The position numbers and the translations under genes were made by a program. A DNA stretch of 64,000 bases from Clostridia bacterium (lineage in GTDB: Bacteria; Bacillota; Clostridia; Christensenellales; CAG-138). The stretch covers positions 2,622 through 66,621 of the forward strand of contig JAFZRT010000020.1 of NCBI GenBank assembly GCA_017619735.1. The letters are read 5' to 3'. The notes beneath the pieces are model-generated. The model searched no databases, had not been told where the DNA came from, and was given only the letters and a program-made list of their open reading frames with translations. Shown here one piece after another: positions 44,647 to 54,658 of this stretch. Position 1 is the stretch's first letter, and the number at the start of each line of letters is the position of its first letter.

Positions 44647-44688
44647 AAAAAAGATCCGAGGATATTCCTGATATCCACGGATCTTTTT
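44647..44688 (+). terminator. Bidirectional intrinsic terminator closing the low-GC island
   Basis: aaaaaagatccgaggatat-tcctg-atatccacggatcttttt, with one mismatch and A/T runs on both sides. Confidence 0.75.
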
Positions 44689-44771
44689 CTCTGTCGATGC
44701 CCGGCGGCAACCCGCATCTTCTTTTTGAATATGCTGTCCCGGGCGGTATTTTTCATGCTGCGGGGCGGTCT

Positions 44772-45602
44772 TCACTCCTCCTGGCGGGATTCCTCGGCAA
44801 GCTTATGGATCAGCTCGCTGCGCTCGGCCTCGGTGAGGAGCTTTGGGGATCTTTCGGCCTCGCGGGCGGCCTTTTCCGCGGCCTCGCGCTCCTGCTCGAC
44901 GCGGAGGATCTTCATGAAGCCCGCGGTGATTATGCCGGAGGGCAGCGCGATTATCGCTATGCCGAACATGGAGGAGATCATCGTGACGAGGCGGCCGACG
45001 GACGTTACGGGCGTAATGTCGCCGTAGCCCATGGTGGTCAGCGAGACCGTCGCCCAGTAGACCGCGTCGAGGAAGGTGTTGAAGAGATCCGGCTCGACGT
45101 TGAATATCACGAGCGCGGAGGCGACGACGTAACCGATCGCGAGCACGAAAACGGTGATGAGCGGCTTGCGCTCGATCACGAACACCTCCTTAATCATATT
45201 GATACTGTGGGAGTATCTGACGGCCTTGAACACGCGGAACACCCTGAGCGTCCTCAAAAGGCGGAACACCTTCAGCACGCGGAAGGCGCTGCTGATGATG
45301 CTTATCGAGGGCAGTATGCACAGAAGATCGATCAGCGCCATCGGCGTAAACGGATAAAGGACGAACGAAAGCGCGCCCTTTTTGAGCTTCAGATCGGCGG
45401 TGGCGAGCCTCAGCACGTAGTCGATAACGAATATCACCGCGGCGACCTTATCCATGATCACGAAGAACGGCGGCTCCTGCTTGAAGGCGAGCGGGACGAG
45501 GCTCAACACGATCACGATCATCATGAAAATATCGTAAACGTTGGATAGCCGGTCGTCCTCCTTGGCGGTCTCGATTATCTCAAAGAGTCTTTTTCGCATC
45601 AT
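44772..45602 (-). CDS. Voltage-gated-type (6TM) potassium channel
   Basis: S4-like RVLKVFRLLRTLRVFRVFKAVR and the selectivity filter TTMGYGD. Confidence 0.85.
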   Translation of the reverse strand: MMRKRLFEIIETAKEDDRLSNVYDIFMMIVIVLSLVPLAFKQEPPFFVIMDKVAAVIFVIDYVLRLATADLKLKKGALSFVLYPFTPMALIDLLCILPSISIISSAFRVLKVFRLLRTLRVFRVFKAVRYSHSINMIKEVFVIERKPLITVFVLAIGYVVASALVIFNVEPDLFNTFLDAVYWATVSLTTMGYGDITPVTSVGRLVTMISSMFGIAIIALPSGIITAGFMKILRVEQEREAAEKAAREAERSPKLLTEAERSELIHKLAEESRQEE

Positions 45603-45916
45603 TTTCTCCGTTTCCCGACCTCGTCCGCAATGGCCCTAATGATATTCGCGGTGAGCTCCGCGTCGTCGATATCCGCGAGCAGCATCGGCTTTGCCCCCTC
45701 GTACGGGATCTCGGAAGGAAGCTCCCGCCTGCAGTCCGAGATGAGCCGGAGAGCTGACTTTGCGGGCTTTAGCAGCAGGCGGTCGTCATACACGCCGCCG
45801 ACGAGCTTTCCGCCGTAATAGAGCAGATATTCGCCCATCATCGGCCGATATGTCACGCCCTCGAGCGGCGAAAGCTGATCGAGCACGAATTCGAGATATT
45901 CCTTATGGGTCGCCAT
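45599..45916 (-). CDS. TfoX N-terminal-domain protein
   Basis: MATHKEYLEFVLDQLSPLEGVTYRPMMGEYLLYYGGKLVGGVYDDRLLLKP. I moved the start to ATG 45916, which has a GGAGC RBS. Confidence 0.7.
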   Translation of the reverse strand: MATHKEYLEFVLDQLSPLEGVTYRPMMGEYLLYYGGKLVGGVYDDRLLLKPAKSALRLISDCRRELPSEIPYEGAKPMLLADIDDAELTANIIRAIADEVGKRRK

Positions 45917-45927
45917 ATCCGCTCCTT

Positions 45928-46554
45928 TCACGCATCCGTGAGCACATGCCAGATATCGTTTCCGGTAAAGCCGCAGCTCCTGTACAGGCGCTCGGGGACG
46001 CCTGCGCCTTTCGCCCTGCCGGAGACCGTCACAAACTCCGCTCTGCCCTTCAGCCGCTTCAGCAGCTCCGTCACGACGAGCCGCCCGAGGCCCCTGCCGC
46101 GGTACTCCGGGAGGGTCTGTATCCATTCGAGCGAGCCCTCGCCGGAGCGGACGTCGTATTCGGCCGTCCCGCAGGCAGCCGCGGCGCCGCTCCCGTTTTC
46201 GCAGACGAGCACCCACAGCCCGGGATCGAACTCCGGCCTTTTACGCAGGGCGAAAAGCCCCGCCTCCGAAATGCCGAAGTCCTCATACGAGCGGGCGATG
46301 ATATCCGCGATAACGGGGATATCCTCCTCCCCCGCCGTACGCACCGAAAAGCCCGCGCATTCGCAGGCTTCGACCTGAGCGAGGCGGTGTATGAGCCGGA
46401 AATACGGCTCGTCCCTTTTGCCCGCCGCGGTCTTCGGGTCGAAGTCCCTCCCGTGGACGACGGTCACTCCGTCTGGGACGGTCATGTTCACGGCCTTGTA
46501 ATAGGGTATCGAGAGCATGCCGCAGGGGTCCTTTTTGTACAGTTCGAGATCCAT
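45928..46554 (-). CDS. GNAT-family N-acetyltransferase
   Basis: LPEYRGRGLGRLVVTELLKRL (acetyl-CoA binding Q/R-x-x-G-x-G/A motif). The start is probably ATG 46554. Confidence 0.75.
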   Translation of the reverse strand: MDLELYKKDPCGMLSIPYYKAVNMTVPDGVTVVHGRDFDPKTAAGKRDEPYFRLIHRLAQVEACECAGFSVRTAGEEDIPVIADIIARSYEDFGISEAGLFALRKRPEFDPGLWVLVCENGSGAAAACGTAEYDVRSGEGSLEWIQTLPEYRGRGLGRLVVTELLKRLKGRAEFVTVSGRAKGAGVPERLYRSCGFTGNDIWHVLTDA

Positions 46555-46600
46555 ATAACAGCTCCGGGAAGGCGTGCGCCTTCCCGGTCTTTTCATTCCT

Positions 46601-49015
46601 TTACGCCCTCAATTCCGCGTTCAGACGGAACTTGAGGCTCTTCAGTATCGCGTTGACCGCCTGACCGATCTCATCATCCGTAAGGGTGTGATCGTCGGCC
46701 CTCAGCTGGAACGTGAACGCCATGCTCTTTTTGCCCATGGGGATGCCCTTGTCGCCGGGCAGCTTCGGGCGGTAGACGTCGAACACGCGGACGTTCTCGA
46801 CGAGGACGCGCGCCTTCGCCGCCTCTATGACGTCGATCACCTGCTGCGCCTCCATGCCGTCGTCCACTATGAGCGCGATATCGCGCTGCACCGCGGGATA
46901 TTTGGGCAGGGGCTTATACTTCCTAAGCCGCACCATGCTGCGGCGCAGAGCCGCGAAGTCGAGCTCCGCGATATAGGCGGGCGCGGAGAGCCCGAACGCG
47001 CGCTGCACCTTGGGATGTACGGCGCCGATCTCGCCCAGCTTTTCGCCTCCGACGGTCATTATCGCCTTCTGCGTGGGATGCAGATAGGGCGAGCCGCCCT
47101 TTTCGAAGCGGACGCGCTCGATGCCGAGCTTCTCGAACAGCGCCTCCAGAGTGCCCTTGAGGGTGAAGAAGCTCTCCTCCGCGCCTGTGTGGATGATGCC
47201 CAGGAGCTTTCTCTCCTCGGGCAGATCGCCGTTGTCGAAATGCACGTTGCCCACCTCGAAGAAGCGGCCGAAGCCGGTCTTCCTGTTGAGGTTGAGGCAT
47301 GCGGCCCTCAGAAGACCGCCCGCGAGCTCCGTGCGCATGAGGGACTGATCCTCGCCGAAGGGGTTCATGAGACGCACAGTCCTGCGGCGCTCGTCGTCCT
47401 CCTCTATCATGAGATCCTCGAGCTCCTTCGGGGAGATGAAGTTGTAATTGTAGAGCTCGAGGCAGCCCAGAGCCGCCATGGCGTCCTTGATGACGTCCTC
47501 ATCCTTGAACGCAAGGCCTATCCTGCCGCGGAAGGTATCGCCGCGCATGAGCGTGGGGGCGATGTTGGTATAGCCGTAGAGGCGGCCGACCTCCTCCGCG
47601 ATGTCCCAGTCGGTCTCTATGCCGTCCTCGATATCGGTGCGGAAATGCGGCACGCGGATCCTGAGCGCGTCGCCGACGGGCTCCGTGGGGATATTGATGG
47701 AGGAAAGCAGCTCCGCCATCCTCTCGGCGGTGAGATCGGTGTTGAGTATCTCGTTGATGTGGGAGACGGATGCGGCGACCTGCTTTTCCTTGAGGTCGGC
47801 GGCGCATACGTCTATCATGCCGCCCATGACGCGGCCGGCGTGCAGTTCCTCGACGAGCTCTATCGCGCGGTCAAGAGCGAGCGCCGCGTTGACGGGCTCG
47901 ACGCCCTTGATGAAGCGGGCGGCGGAATCCGTGACGTGGTGGAGGCGCCTTGCGGTGGATCTGATGTTCTCGGGGCGGAACACGGCGCTTTCGAAGAGCG
48001 TCGCTTTGGTGTTTTCGGTGATCTCGGAATTGAGGCCGCCCATAACGCCCGCCACGCCGACGCCCTTCGTGGGATCGGCGATGAGCAGCATATCGGCGCT
48101 CATGACGCGTTCCTTGCCGTCGAGGGTATAGACGATCTCGCCCTCCTTCGCGTTCCTGACGACTATGTGGTTATCCGCGACGCAGGCGAGGTCGAACGCG
48201 TGCATGGGATGGCCGTATTCGACGAGCACGAGGTTGGTGATATCGACAATGTTGTTTATGGGGCGCAGGCCGACCTGACGGAGCTTCCTCTGCATCCAGA
48301 GGGGCGAGGGCTCGATATTGAGGTCGGTGACCACGCGCGCGGTGTAGCGCGGGCAGAGATACGGGTTTTCGACGGTGACGGAGGCCACGTCGCGGCAGTC
48401 GCCGTATCCTTTGACCTCTTTTATCTCCGGCTCGCGGAAGGTCTGGCCGAGGGCGGCGGCCGCCTCGCGGCAGATGCCGATTATCGACTGGCAGTCGGGG
48501 CGGTTGGGCGTGAGCTCGATATCGAATATGCAGTCGTCGAGGTCGAGCGCCTCCTGTATCCGCTGGCCGTTGGGATGGCGCTCGGCAAATACCATAACGC
48601 CGCCGTTCTCGCAGCCGGGATACTCGACGTCGGTGATGCCGATCTCCTCATTGCCGCAGAACATGCCCGCGGAGGCCACGCCGCGCATCTTCGTCGGGTG
48701 GATCACGAGGCCGCCTGTGAGCGTCGCGTTGTCGAGAGCTACGGGGACCTGATCGCCGACCTTGACGTTCGTCGCGTTGGTGACGATCTGCAGGGACTCC
48801 TCCCCGCCGGCGTCGACCGTGCAGACGCGCAGCTTGTCGGCGTTGGGATGGGGCTCTATCGCGGTTATCTCGCAGACGTAAACGCCGTCTATGCCGTCCA
48901 TCTCGGGGATTATCTCCGCAACTTCGAAGCCGCGCAGGAGCATCCTCTCGGCGAACTCGGCGGGAGTGACATTGAAATCAACGTATTCTTTGAGCCATTT
49001 AAGGGGCAGTTTCAT
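46601..49015 (-). CDS. pheT: Phenylalanine--tRNA ligase beta subunit
   Basis: MKLPLKWLKEYVDF... with the tRNA-binding, B3/4, B5 and FDX-ACB domain order, 804 aa. Confidence 0.95.
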   Translation of the reverse strand: MKLPLKWLKEYVDFNVTPAEFAERMLLRGFEVAEIIPEMDGIDGVYVCEITAIEPHPNADKLRVCTVDAGGEESLQIVTNATNVKVGDQVPVALDNATLTGGLVIHPTKMRGVASAGMFCGNEEIGITDVEYPGCENGGVMVFAERHPNGQRIQEALDLDDCIFDIELTPNRPDCQSIIGICREAAAALGQTFREPEIKEVKGYGDCRDVASVTVENPYLCPRYTARVVTDLNIEPSPLWMQRKLRQVGLRPINNIVDITNLVLVEYGHPMHAFDLACVADNHIVVRNAKEGEIVYTLDGKERVMSADMLLIADPTKGVGVAGVMGGLNSEITENTKATLFESAVFRPENIRSTARRLHHVTDSAARFIKGVEPVNAALALDRAIELVEELHAGRVMGGMIDVCAADLKEKQVAASVSHINEILNTDLTAERMAELLSSINIPTEPVGDALRIRVPHFRTDIEDGIETDWDIAEEVGRLYGYTNIAPTLMRGDTFRGRIGLAFKDEDVIKDAMAALGCLELYNYNFISPKELEDLMIEEDDERRRTVRLMNPFGEDQSLMRTELAGGLLRAACLNLNRKTGFGRFFEVGNVHFDNGDLPEERKLLGIIHTGAEESFFTLKGTLEALFEKLGIERVRFEKGGSPYLHPTQKAIMTVGGEKLGEIGAVHPKVQRAFGLSAPAYIAELDFAALRRSMVRLRKYKPLPKYPAVQRDIALIVDDGMEAQQVIDVIEAAKARVLVENVRVFDVYRPKLPGDKGIPMGKKSMAFTFQLRADDHTLTDDEIGQAVNAILKSLKFRLNAELRA

Positions 49016-49034
49016 AGTATTATCTCCTTCCGTA

Positions 49035-50063
49035 TCACTTGAACTGCGAGAGGAACCTGCCGTCGCCCTCGTAGATGAGGCGGATGTCGCTTATGCCGTA
49101 CTTAAGGCACGCGACGCGGTCGACGCCGACGCCCCATGCGAACGCGCGCCACTCCTCGGAGGAATGTCCGCAGTTCTCGATCTCGTGCGGGTTGGTTATG
49201 CCGCAGCCCATTATCTCCATCCAGCCGGTGCCCTTGCAGGAGGAACAGCCCTTGCCGCCGCAGATGGTGCAGGAGATGTCGACCTCCGCGGAGGGTTCCG
49301 TGAAGGGGAAATAGCTGGGCCTGAGACGCGATTCGACGTTCTCGCCGAACACGGCCTTTACGAACGAATCGATGGTGCCCTTCAGATCGGCAAGCGATAC
49401 GTTGCGGTCGACCACGAGGCCCTCCATCTGCATGAACACGGGGCTGTGGGAAGCGTCCGGCTCGTCCACGCGGAAGCAGCGGCCGGGGATAACGAGGCGG
49501 AAGGGAAGATCGAGCGTCTTCAGCGCCCTCGCTTCACAGGGGGAGGTATGGGTCCTCAGGAGCACCCTGTCGTTTACGTAGAACGTATCCTGCATATCGC
49601 GCGCCGGATGGTTCGGCGGGAGATTGAGCAGTGTGAAATTGTACTCGTCGTACTCGACCTCCGGGCCTTCGAACGTGGTGAAGCCGAGGCCGATAAGCGC
49701 GTCGCGTATCTCACGGTAGACGAGCGTGAGCGGGTTGAGCGCGCCGGTCGGCACCGCGCGGCGCACGCCGGGGAGAGTAACGTCGATCGCCTCGCGCTCT
49801 ATTTTTCTCTGCTCCGCGAGCTCCGAGAGCTTCGCCCTGCGCTGCTCGAAGAGCTCGGTGAGCTCCTGCTTTACGGCGTTCGCGCGCTTGCCCATTTCGG
49901 CCCTCTCCTCCGCGGAGAGCTTGCCCATGGTGCGCAGTATCGCCGTCAGCTTACCGCCGCGGCCCAATACCGAGGTGGAGAGCTCGTTGAGGCCTTCTTC
50001 GGATTCGATCCGCTGAAGCTCGCCGAGAGCCGCCTCCCTTATTGCCAAAAGTTCCTCAAACAC
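49035..50063 (-). CDS. pheS: Phenylalanine--tRNA ligase alpha subunit
   Basis: GTG start at 50063, 8 nt after GAAAGGAG. Class II motifs are present (FRVDEPDASHSPVFMQMEG, GWMEIMGCG). Confidence 0.95.
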   Translation of the reverse strand: MFEELLAIREAALGELQRIESEEGLNELSTSVLGRGGKLTAILRTMGKLSAEERAEMGKRANAVKQELTELFEQRRAKLSELAEQRKIEREAIDVTLPGVRRAVPTGALNPLTLVYREIRDALIGLGFTTFEGPEVEYDEYNFTLLNLPPNHPARDMQDTFYVNDRVLLRTHTSPCEARALKTLDLPFRLVIPGRCFRVDEPDASHSPVFMQMEGLVVDRNVSLADLKGTIDSFVKAVFGENVESRLRPSYFPFTEPSAEVDISCTICGGKGCSSCKGTGWMEIMGCGITNPHEIENCGHSSEEWRAFAWGVGVDRVACLKYGISDIRLIYEGDGRFLSQFK

Positions 50064-50089
50064 TATTAAAACTCCTTTCAGATATTCTG

Positions 50090-50340
50090 CTGATAAAAAA
50101 GCCCGCGCCGTCCCGAGGGACGGCGCGGAGCCGTGGTACCACCCTGATTCACGCGGGCCATGAGAATCCCGCGCCTCATTGACGCTGTAACGGGCGCACC
50201 CGCGGACGGCTACACATCGAAACTTCACCGTCAGAGCTCCGGGGCGAACTTTGCGCTTTCACGGCGGCAGCGCGCTTTCAGCCGGCGGCGCGCCTCTCTT
50301 TCGCAGCAGTGGGAAGCTTTTCCCCATCAAAGCCTGTACA
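50090..50340 (-). promoter_or_regulatory. T-box leader (Phe; specifier UUC) with terminator, upstream of pheST
   Basis: The minus strand has the T-box sequence AATCAGGGTGGTACCACGG (plus 50131-50150) and an AGAGA motif in stem I. The candidate specifier loop GAAAGCGCAAAG-UUC-G places UUC at plus 50246-50248. The terminator is ccgcgccgtccc-tcg-gggacggcgcgg plus a U-run (plus 50095-50129). The promoter is TTGACA (50370-50375) and TAAAAT (50348-50353). Confidence 0.85.
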
Positions 50341-50394
50341 AATTGTTATTTTACCACAAAAATCACAGGTGTCAAGGGGGATATTGTCCGCGCC

Positions 50395-51558
50395 TCAGTT
50401 TGCGCCGCTTTGTCTTTCGTAAAAGGCCTTCCTGATGCCGTCGTAGTCCGGGGTGGAATCGTATGCCCTTCTGCACACGAGCGCGCCTTCGCCGTCGAAT
50501 ACCGAATAGACGGTCTCCGTATAGTACCAGATCGCGCTGACGGTGGGCGGGGTCATCTCATACATGCCGGTATTGTTTTCCGACACGATGAGCACGTATC
50601 CCCCGCACTCTAAAGCGAGCGTGACGTATCCGGGCACTTCGTAACCGACGCTCTCGTAATAGATCTCGCTCCCGCGGATGACGCCGACAGGCAGCATGCT
50701 GCCGTAAAAATAATCCTGCTTTGCGAGCTCCATTTCCTTCTTTTCGAGATCCGGGCTGACAGCCAGAGTGAAATACCGGCTGCAGTGCATGCCCTTCTCA
50801 CCCTTTATCGGGAAGAAATCCCCGCTGCGGGATTGGGAATCGATGTGCAGTACGAAGCCGTCCTCCGTCTGCGTCACGCGCCGGATAGAGTCGAAATCCT
50901 CTCCGGCGACGGTGTTCCTCGCAAGCTCCGTTCCGTCCGCGCCGAGCTTGAGCATTACGATATGATCGTAGGAATCACGGGGCGCCTCCGGATACTCGCC
51001 GAAGAAGTAATAGGCGCCGTCCCTCTCGATCATGCGGAGGAACGCGCGGTGTGTGAGCCGCGGGAACTCCCTTTCCCATTCGGCGCCGCCGTCCGGGCCG
51101 CATTTGACGACCTTCGAACAGATGCCGCCGTCGCTCAGCCAGCTGCCGTCGACGAGCTGGAGATCCATGAATCCGAGTACGTATATGAAGCCGCCGTCCT
51201 CGGTCGGGCAGGCGAAGCAGGCGGAGCGCCGCGTATCCTCCTGGACTGCACGCTCCGCAAGGAGCTTTCCGTCCGCGGCGTAAAGCTTTACCGCCGCGCC
51301 GTCCGCCGACGTTTCGATAACGGCGACGCGCCCGCAGGCGGGGTAAAGGCCGCGCGTGCGGAAGCTCTTTTCGCCCCCGCTCCGCACGGAGAACAAGTTG
51401 CCTTCGATCACGCCGCGAAGCTCGCTTGGGATATCGCCGAACGGCTCCGCGCGATCAAAGCCGTCCACGCGGAATACCTCTGACGGATCCGGGCGCTTTT
51501 TCGTGCAGCCGGAAACGAGCAGGAGCGAAGCCAGTACTATAAGCAGCGCTTTTTTCAT
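50395..51558 (-). CDS. Lipoprotein of unknown function
   Basis: MKKALLIVLASLLLVSGC lipobox. Confidence 0.7.
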   Translation of the reverse strand: MKKALLIVLASLLLVSGCTKKRPDPSEVFRVDGFDRAEPFGDIPSELRGVIEGNLFSVRSGGEKSFRTRGLYPACGRVAVIETSADGAAVKLYAADGKLLAERAVQEDTRRSACFACPTEDGGFIYVLGFMDLQLVDGSWLSDGGICSKVVKCGPDGGAEWEREFPRLTHRAFLRMIERDGAYYFFGEYPEAPRDSYDHIVMLKLGADGTELARNTVAGEDFDSIRRVTQTEDGFVLHIDSQSRSGDFFPIKGEKGMHCSRYFTLAVSPDLEKKEMELAKQDYFYGSMLPVGVIRGSEIYYESVGYEVPGYVTLALECGGYVLIVSENNTGMYEMTPPTVSAIWYYTETVYSVFDGEGALVCRRAYDSTPDYDGIRKAFYERQSGAN

Positions 51559-51690
51559 GTTTTCGGGTCCTTGCCTTTCCCGCGGTATTTGACGGAGCCG
51601 ACTCTGCGCTTAACTTCCGCCTCCCCCCGCGCGTTATGCTTATACCATCGTTCGGGAGCGGAGAATCTTACATGCCTGCCGCCGGCGGGG

Positions 51691-52491
51691 TCAATACCCG
51701 TACACGCTCTTGCGGAGCTTCCTGTTTATCCCGCGGCCTATCGCTCCGCCTATGAGCTCTGCGGCGAGGAACAGCACAGGAGGCACGAGCAGATACGCGA
51801 CCTCCTTGGACTCCGGCACGTTCCACGTCGTGCGGTATGTGGTGTACACGATGAAATAACCGAAATAGATCAGCAGACTTATCACGAACGTCGCGACATG
51901 CGTGCCCTTCGACCATGCGTCGGAAGCTCTGCCGAATATGCTCGAAAGGAATATCCCCGCGGTCAGGAGCGCGGCCAACAGAACAAGCCCGGAAGGGAGC
52001 TTTTTCACGAATATCGCCGCCGCGCAGTAAAGCGCGGGCAGCAGGAACGAGAGCACGGCGGGAGCCGTATACTTGGCCTCGAGGCCGTGGAGCTTCTTTT
52101 CCAGCGGGCTCATCGAGTAATGCTTCGGTCCGTTCACCGCGGTATATGCGGAGCGGTCGTCCCCCTGCGGGATGCCGGCGTTCATGCTCTCGGAATAGCC
52201 GATGACGCGTCCGTCCGCGCCGAGGAGCGCGTCGTTTCCGAGCGCGTCTGCGCCGAGACGCGCGATCACGCGCCCGTTCGGATCGGTGACGACGTCGTTG
52301 CCAAGGGCGTCCTTGGTGAAAATGCCCTTCGTGCGGCCCTCCGCGTCCTTTATCACCCTGTTTCCGAGCACGTCGGTATCGAAGCGCGCGGCGACGCGGC
52401 CGGAGGCGTCCCTTATCACGTCATTGCCGATCGCGTCCTTCGAGACAGTTCCCGTCCTTTTATACGAGCTGTCGTACAGTCTTTCGTCCAT
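51691..52491 (-). CDS. Membrane protein with four N-terminal ~21-aa D-x-L-G-N-D-V-x-x-D-x-x-G-R-V repeats
   Basis: I moved the start to ATG 52491 (MDERLYDSSY...). The repeats are DAIGNDVIRDASGRVAARFDT, DVLGNRVIKDAEGRTKGIFTK, DALGNDVVTDPNGRVIARLGA and DALGNDALLGADGRVIGYSES. About 4 TM helices follow. Confidence 0.6.
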   Translation of the reverse strand: MDERLYDSSYKRTGTVSKDAIGNDVIRDASGRVAARFDTDVLGNRVIKDAEGRTKGIFTKDALGNDVVTDPNGRVIARLGADALGNDALLGADGRVIGYSESMNAGIPQGDDRSAYTAVNGPKHYSMSPLEKKLHGLEAKYTAPAVLSFLLPALYCAAAIFVKKLPSGLVLLAALLTAGIFLSSIFGRASDAWSKGTHVATFVISLLIYFGYFIVYTTYRTTWNVPESKEVAYLLVPPVLFLAAELIGGAIGRGINRKLRKSVYGY

Positions 52492-52649
52492 TGGATAAAC
52501 CGCCTTTCGCAGATCGCCGTCTGAGCGGCTTTTGCGTTTATTATATCCGAACATTTCCGCCCGCGCAATACCGCGGACGGGGCGTCTGTCGGTTGAGCGC
52601 GGACGCAAAATGTGCTATAATCCTCATATCAAGTTCAGGAGGGTGCATC

Positions 52650-54587
52650 ATGCCCTTTATCAGCGCATTCCACGATTCACGTCAGCTCCGCTTCCGCGAG
52701 CCCTTCGGCGCAGTGCCGACGGGCGGGAGCGTCACTCTGCGGCTCCATGTATGGGGGCCCGCCGCGGACCGCGCGGACGCCTCGCTGCGCACGTGGAACG
52801 GCGAGGAACGATTCTGGAAGGGCAGTTCGCGCTGGGTCTCCGGCACGCGCGTTTTCGAGTTCACCGTCACCGTGCCCGACTCCCCCTGCGTGCTGTGGTA
52901 CAATTTCCGTCTGAAGGCGGATGGCAGGCTGTGGTACGTCGGCGTGCGCGACGCGGAGCTCCGCTCCGGCGAGAGCGAGCTTACGCGCGATATCCCCCAC
53001 GATTTCAGGATCACCGTTTACGACCGCGATTTCACGACGCCGGAGGCCTTCTGCGGCCGCACGGCTTACCAGATATTCCCCGACAGATTCGCCCGGGGCG
53101 AATACCCCGGCCTTGAGGCGGGCATAGCGCATCACAGGCGCATGGGCCGCAGGGTGACCGAGAAGGAATGGAGCGAGGAGGTCGACTTCATGCCCCGCGG
53201 CGGAGAGCGCTTCTACTCCCCGCAGGATTACTATTTCGGCAATTTTCAGGGCATCATCGACAGGATACCCTATCTTGCCTCGCTCGGGGTCAGGATACTC
53301 TACCTCAACCCGATATTCGAATCGGCATACGATCACCGCTACAGCATATCCGATTATATGAGGGTCGACCCTCTGCTCGGGAGCGAGGAGGATTTCGTGC
53401 GGATGGCTTCCGCCCTGCACGGGGCGGGGATAAAGCTCATGCTCGACGGCGTGTTCTCCCACACGGGCGACGACAGCATCTATTTCGACCGCAGGGGCAA
53501 TTACGGCGGCGGCGCTTACGGCGACCCGTCCTCCCCGTACCGCGAGTGGTACGATTTCGATAAGAAATACCGCCACGGCTTCCGCTGCTGGTGGGATTTC
53601 GAAACGCTCCCCGAGGTGGAGGAGCTTACCCCTTCTTACATGGAGTTCACGGCGTCCGTGCTTGAAAAATGGATCCGCCTCGGCGCGGACGGATGGCGGC
53701 TCGACGTAGCCGACGAGCTTCCCGACGAGTACATCAAGTTCCTGAGGCGCAGGCTGAAGGCCGTATCCCCCGACGCGGTGCTTATAGGCGAGGTCTGGGA
53801 GGACGCCGCGCTGAAGCGCGACGGCCGCGGACGCCGCCGCGAGTACGTGAACGGCGAGGAGCTGGACGGCGTTATGGATTACCCCTTCCGCGACGCTGCG
53901 GTCGATTTCCTGCTGCGCCGCGGGGATTCCGCGCTGCTGAAGGCGCGGCTCGGCGCGCAGCTCGAGGGATATCCCCGCTGCTTCATGCGGGCGCAGCTCG
54001 GCATGCTCGGCTCGCACGATACCGAAAGGATACTCTCCGTGCTCTCCGGCTGTCCCGTGAAGGGCGCTCTCCCCCGCCCGCTGCAGGCGCACTGGCGCCC
54101 GACGGAGGAGAACGCGGCGCTCGGGCGGAAGCTGCTGAAGCTCGCCTCCTGTCTGCAGTTCGCCATGCCGTTTTCGCCCTGCATCTACTACGGCGACGAG
54201 GCGGGCCTTGCCGGGCTCGCGGATCCCTTCTGCCGCCGCCCCTACCCGTGGGGACGCGAGGACGGGGAGTTCATGGCGCATTACCGCCTGCTGACGCGCG
54301 TGCGCGGCGGGAACGCGGTTTTCGAGTACGGATCGACGGCATTCGCCTCCCCCCACAAGGACGTGTTCGCGGTCGCCCGCACGGGCCGCGGCGAGGCGCT
54401 GACCGTGATAAACCGCGGCGGCGCGAAGCGCGTTTCGCTTTCGAGGGACGACTTCTCCGAAGGCGAGGCGGCGCCCCTCCTTTCCGGCCGCTACCGCGAC
54501 GAAGTCACGGGCGATACCTTCGAGGCCGCCGGAACGCTTACCCTCGATATGCCCGAATACGGCTTTGCGCTGCTTATTCTTGAGTAA
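52650..54587 (+). CDS. GH13 alpha-amylase-family glycoside hydrolase (neopullulanase/cyclomaltodextrinase-like)
   Basis: Conserved regions DGVFSHT, DGWRLDVADEL, GEVWED and LGSHDTERI. I moved the start to ATG 52650, after CAGGAGGG. Confidence 0.85.
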   Translation: MPFISAFHDSRQLRFREPFGAVPTGGSVTLRLHVWGPAADRADASLRTWNGEERFWKGSSRWVSGTRVFEFTVTVPDSPCVLWYNFRLKADGRLWYVGVRDAELRSGESELTRDIPHDFRITVYDRDFTTPEAFCGRTAYQIFPDRFARGEYPGLEAGIAHHRRMGRRVTEKEWSEEVDFMPRGGERFYSPQDYYFGNFQGIIDRIPYLASLGVRILYLNPIFESAYDHRYSISDYMRVDPLLGSEEDFVRMASALHGAGIKLMLDGVFSHTGDDSIYFDRRGNYGGGAYGDPSSPYREWYDFDKKYRHGFRCWWDFETLPEVEELTPSYMEFTASVLEKWIRLGADGWRLDVADELPDEYIKFLRRRLKAVSPDAVLIGEVWEDAALKRDGRGRRREYVNGEELDGVMDYPFRDAAVDFLLRRGDSALLKARLGAQLEGYPRCFMRAQLGMLGSHDTERILSVLSGCPVKGALPRPLQAHWRPTEENAALGRKLLKLASCLQFAMPFSPCIYYGDEAGLAGLADPFCRRPYPWGREDGEFMAHYRLLTRVRGGNAVFEYGSTAFASPHKDVFAVARTGRGEALTVINRGGAKRVSLSRDDFSEGEAAPLLSGRYRDEVTGDTFEAAGTLTLDMPEYGFALLILE

Positions 54588-54658
54588 AAGGGCTTGCGCA
54601 GCGCGCGGTGTTTGAGTTATAATAGATTGAGAAATTATGAACCTGACGGAGGAAGTGC

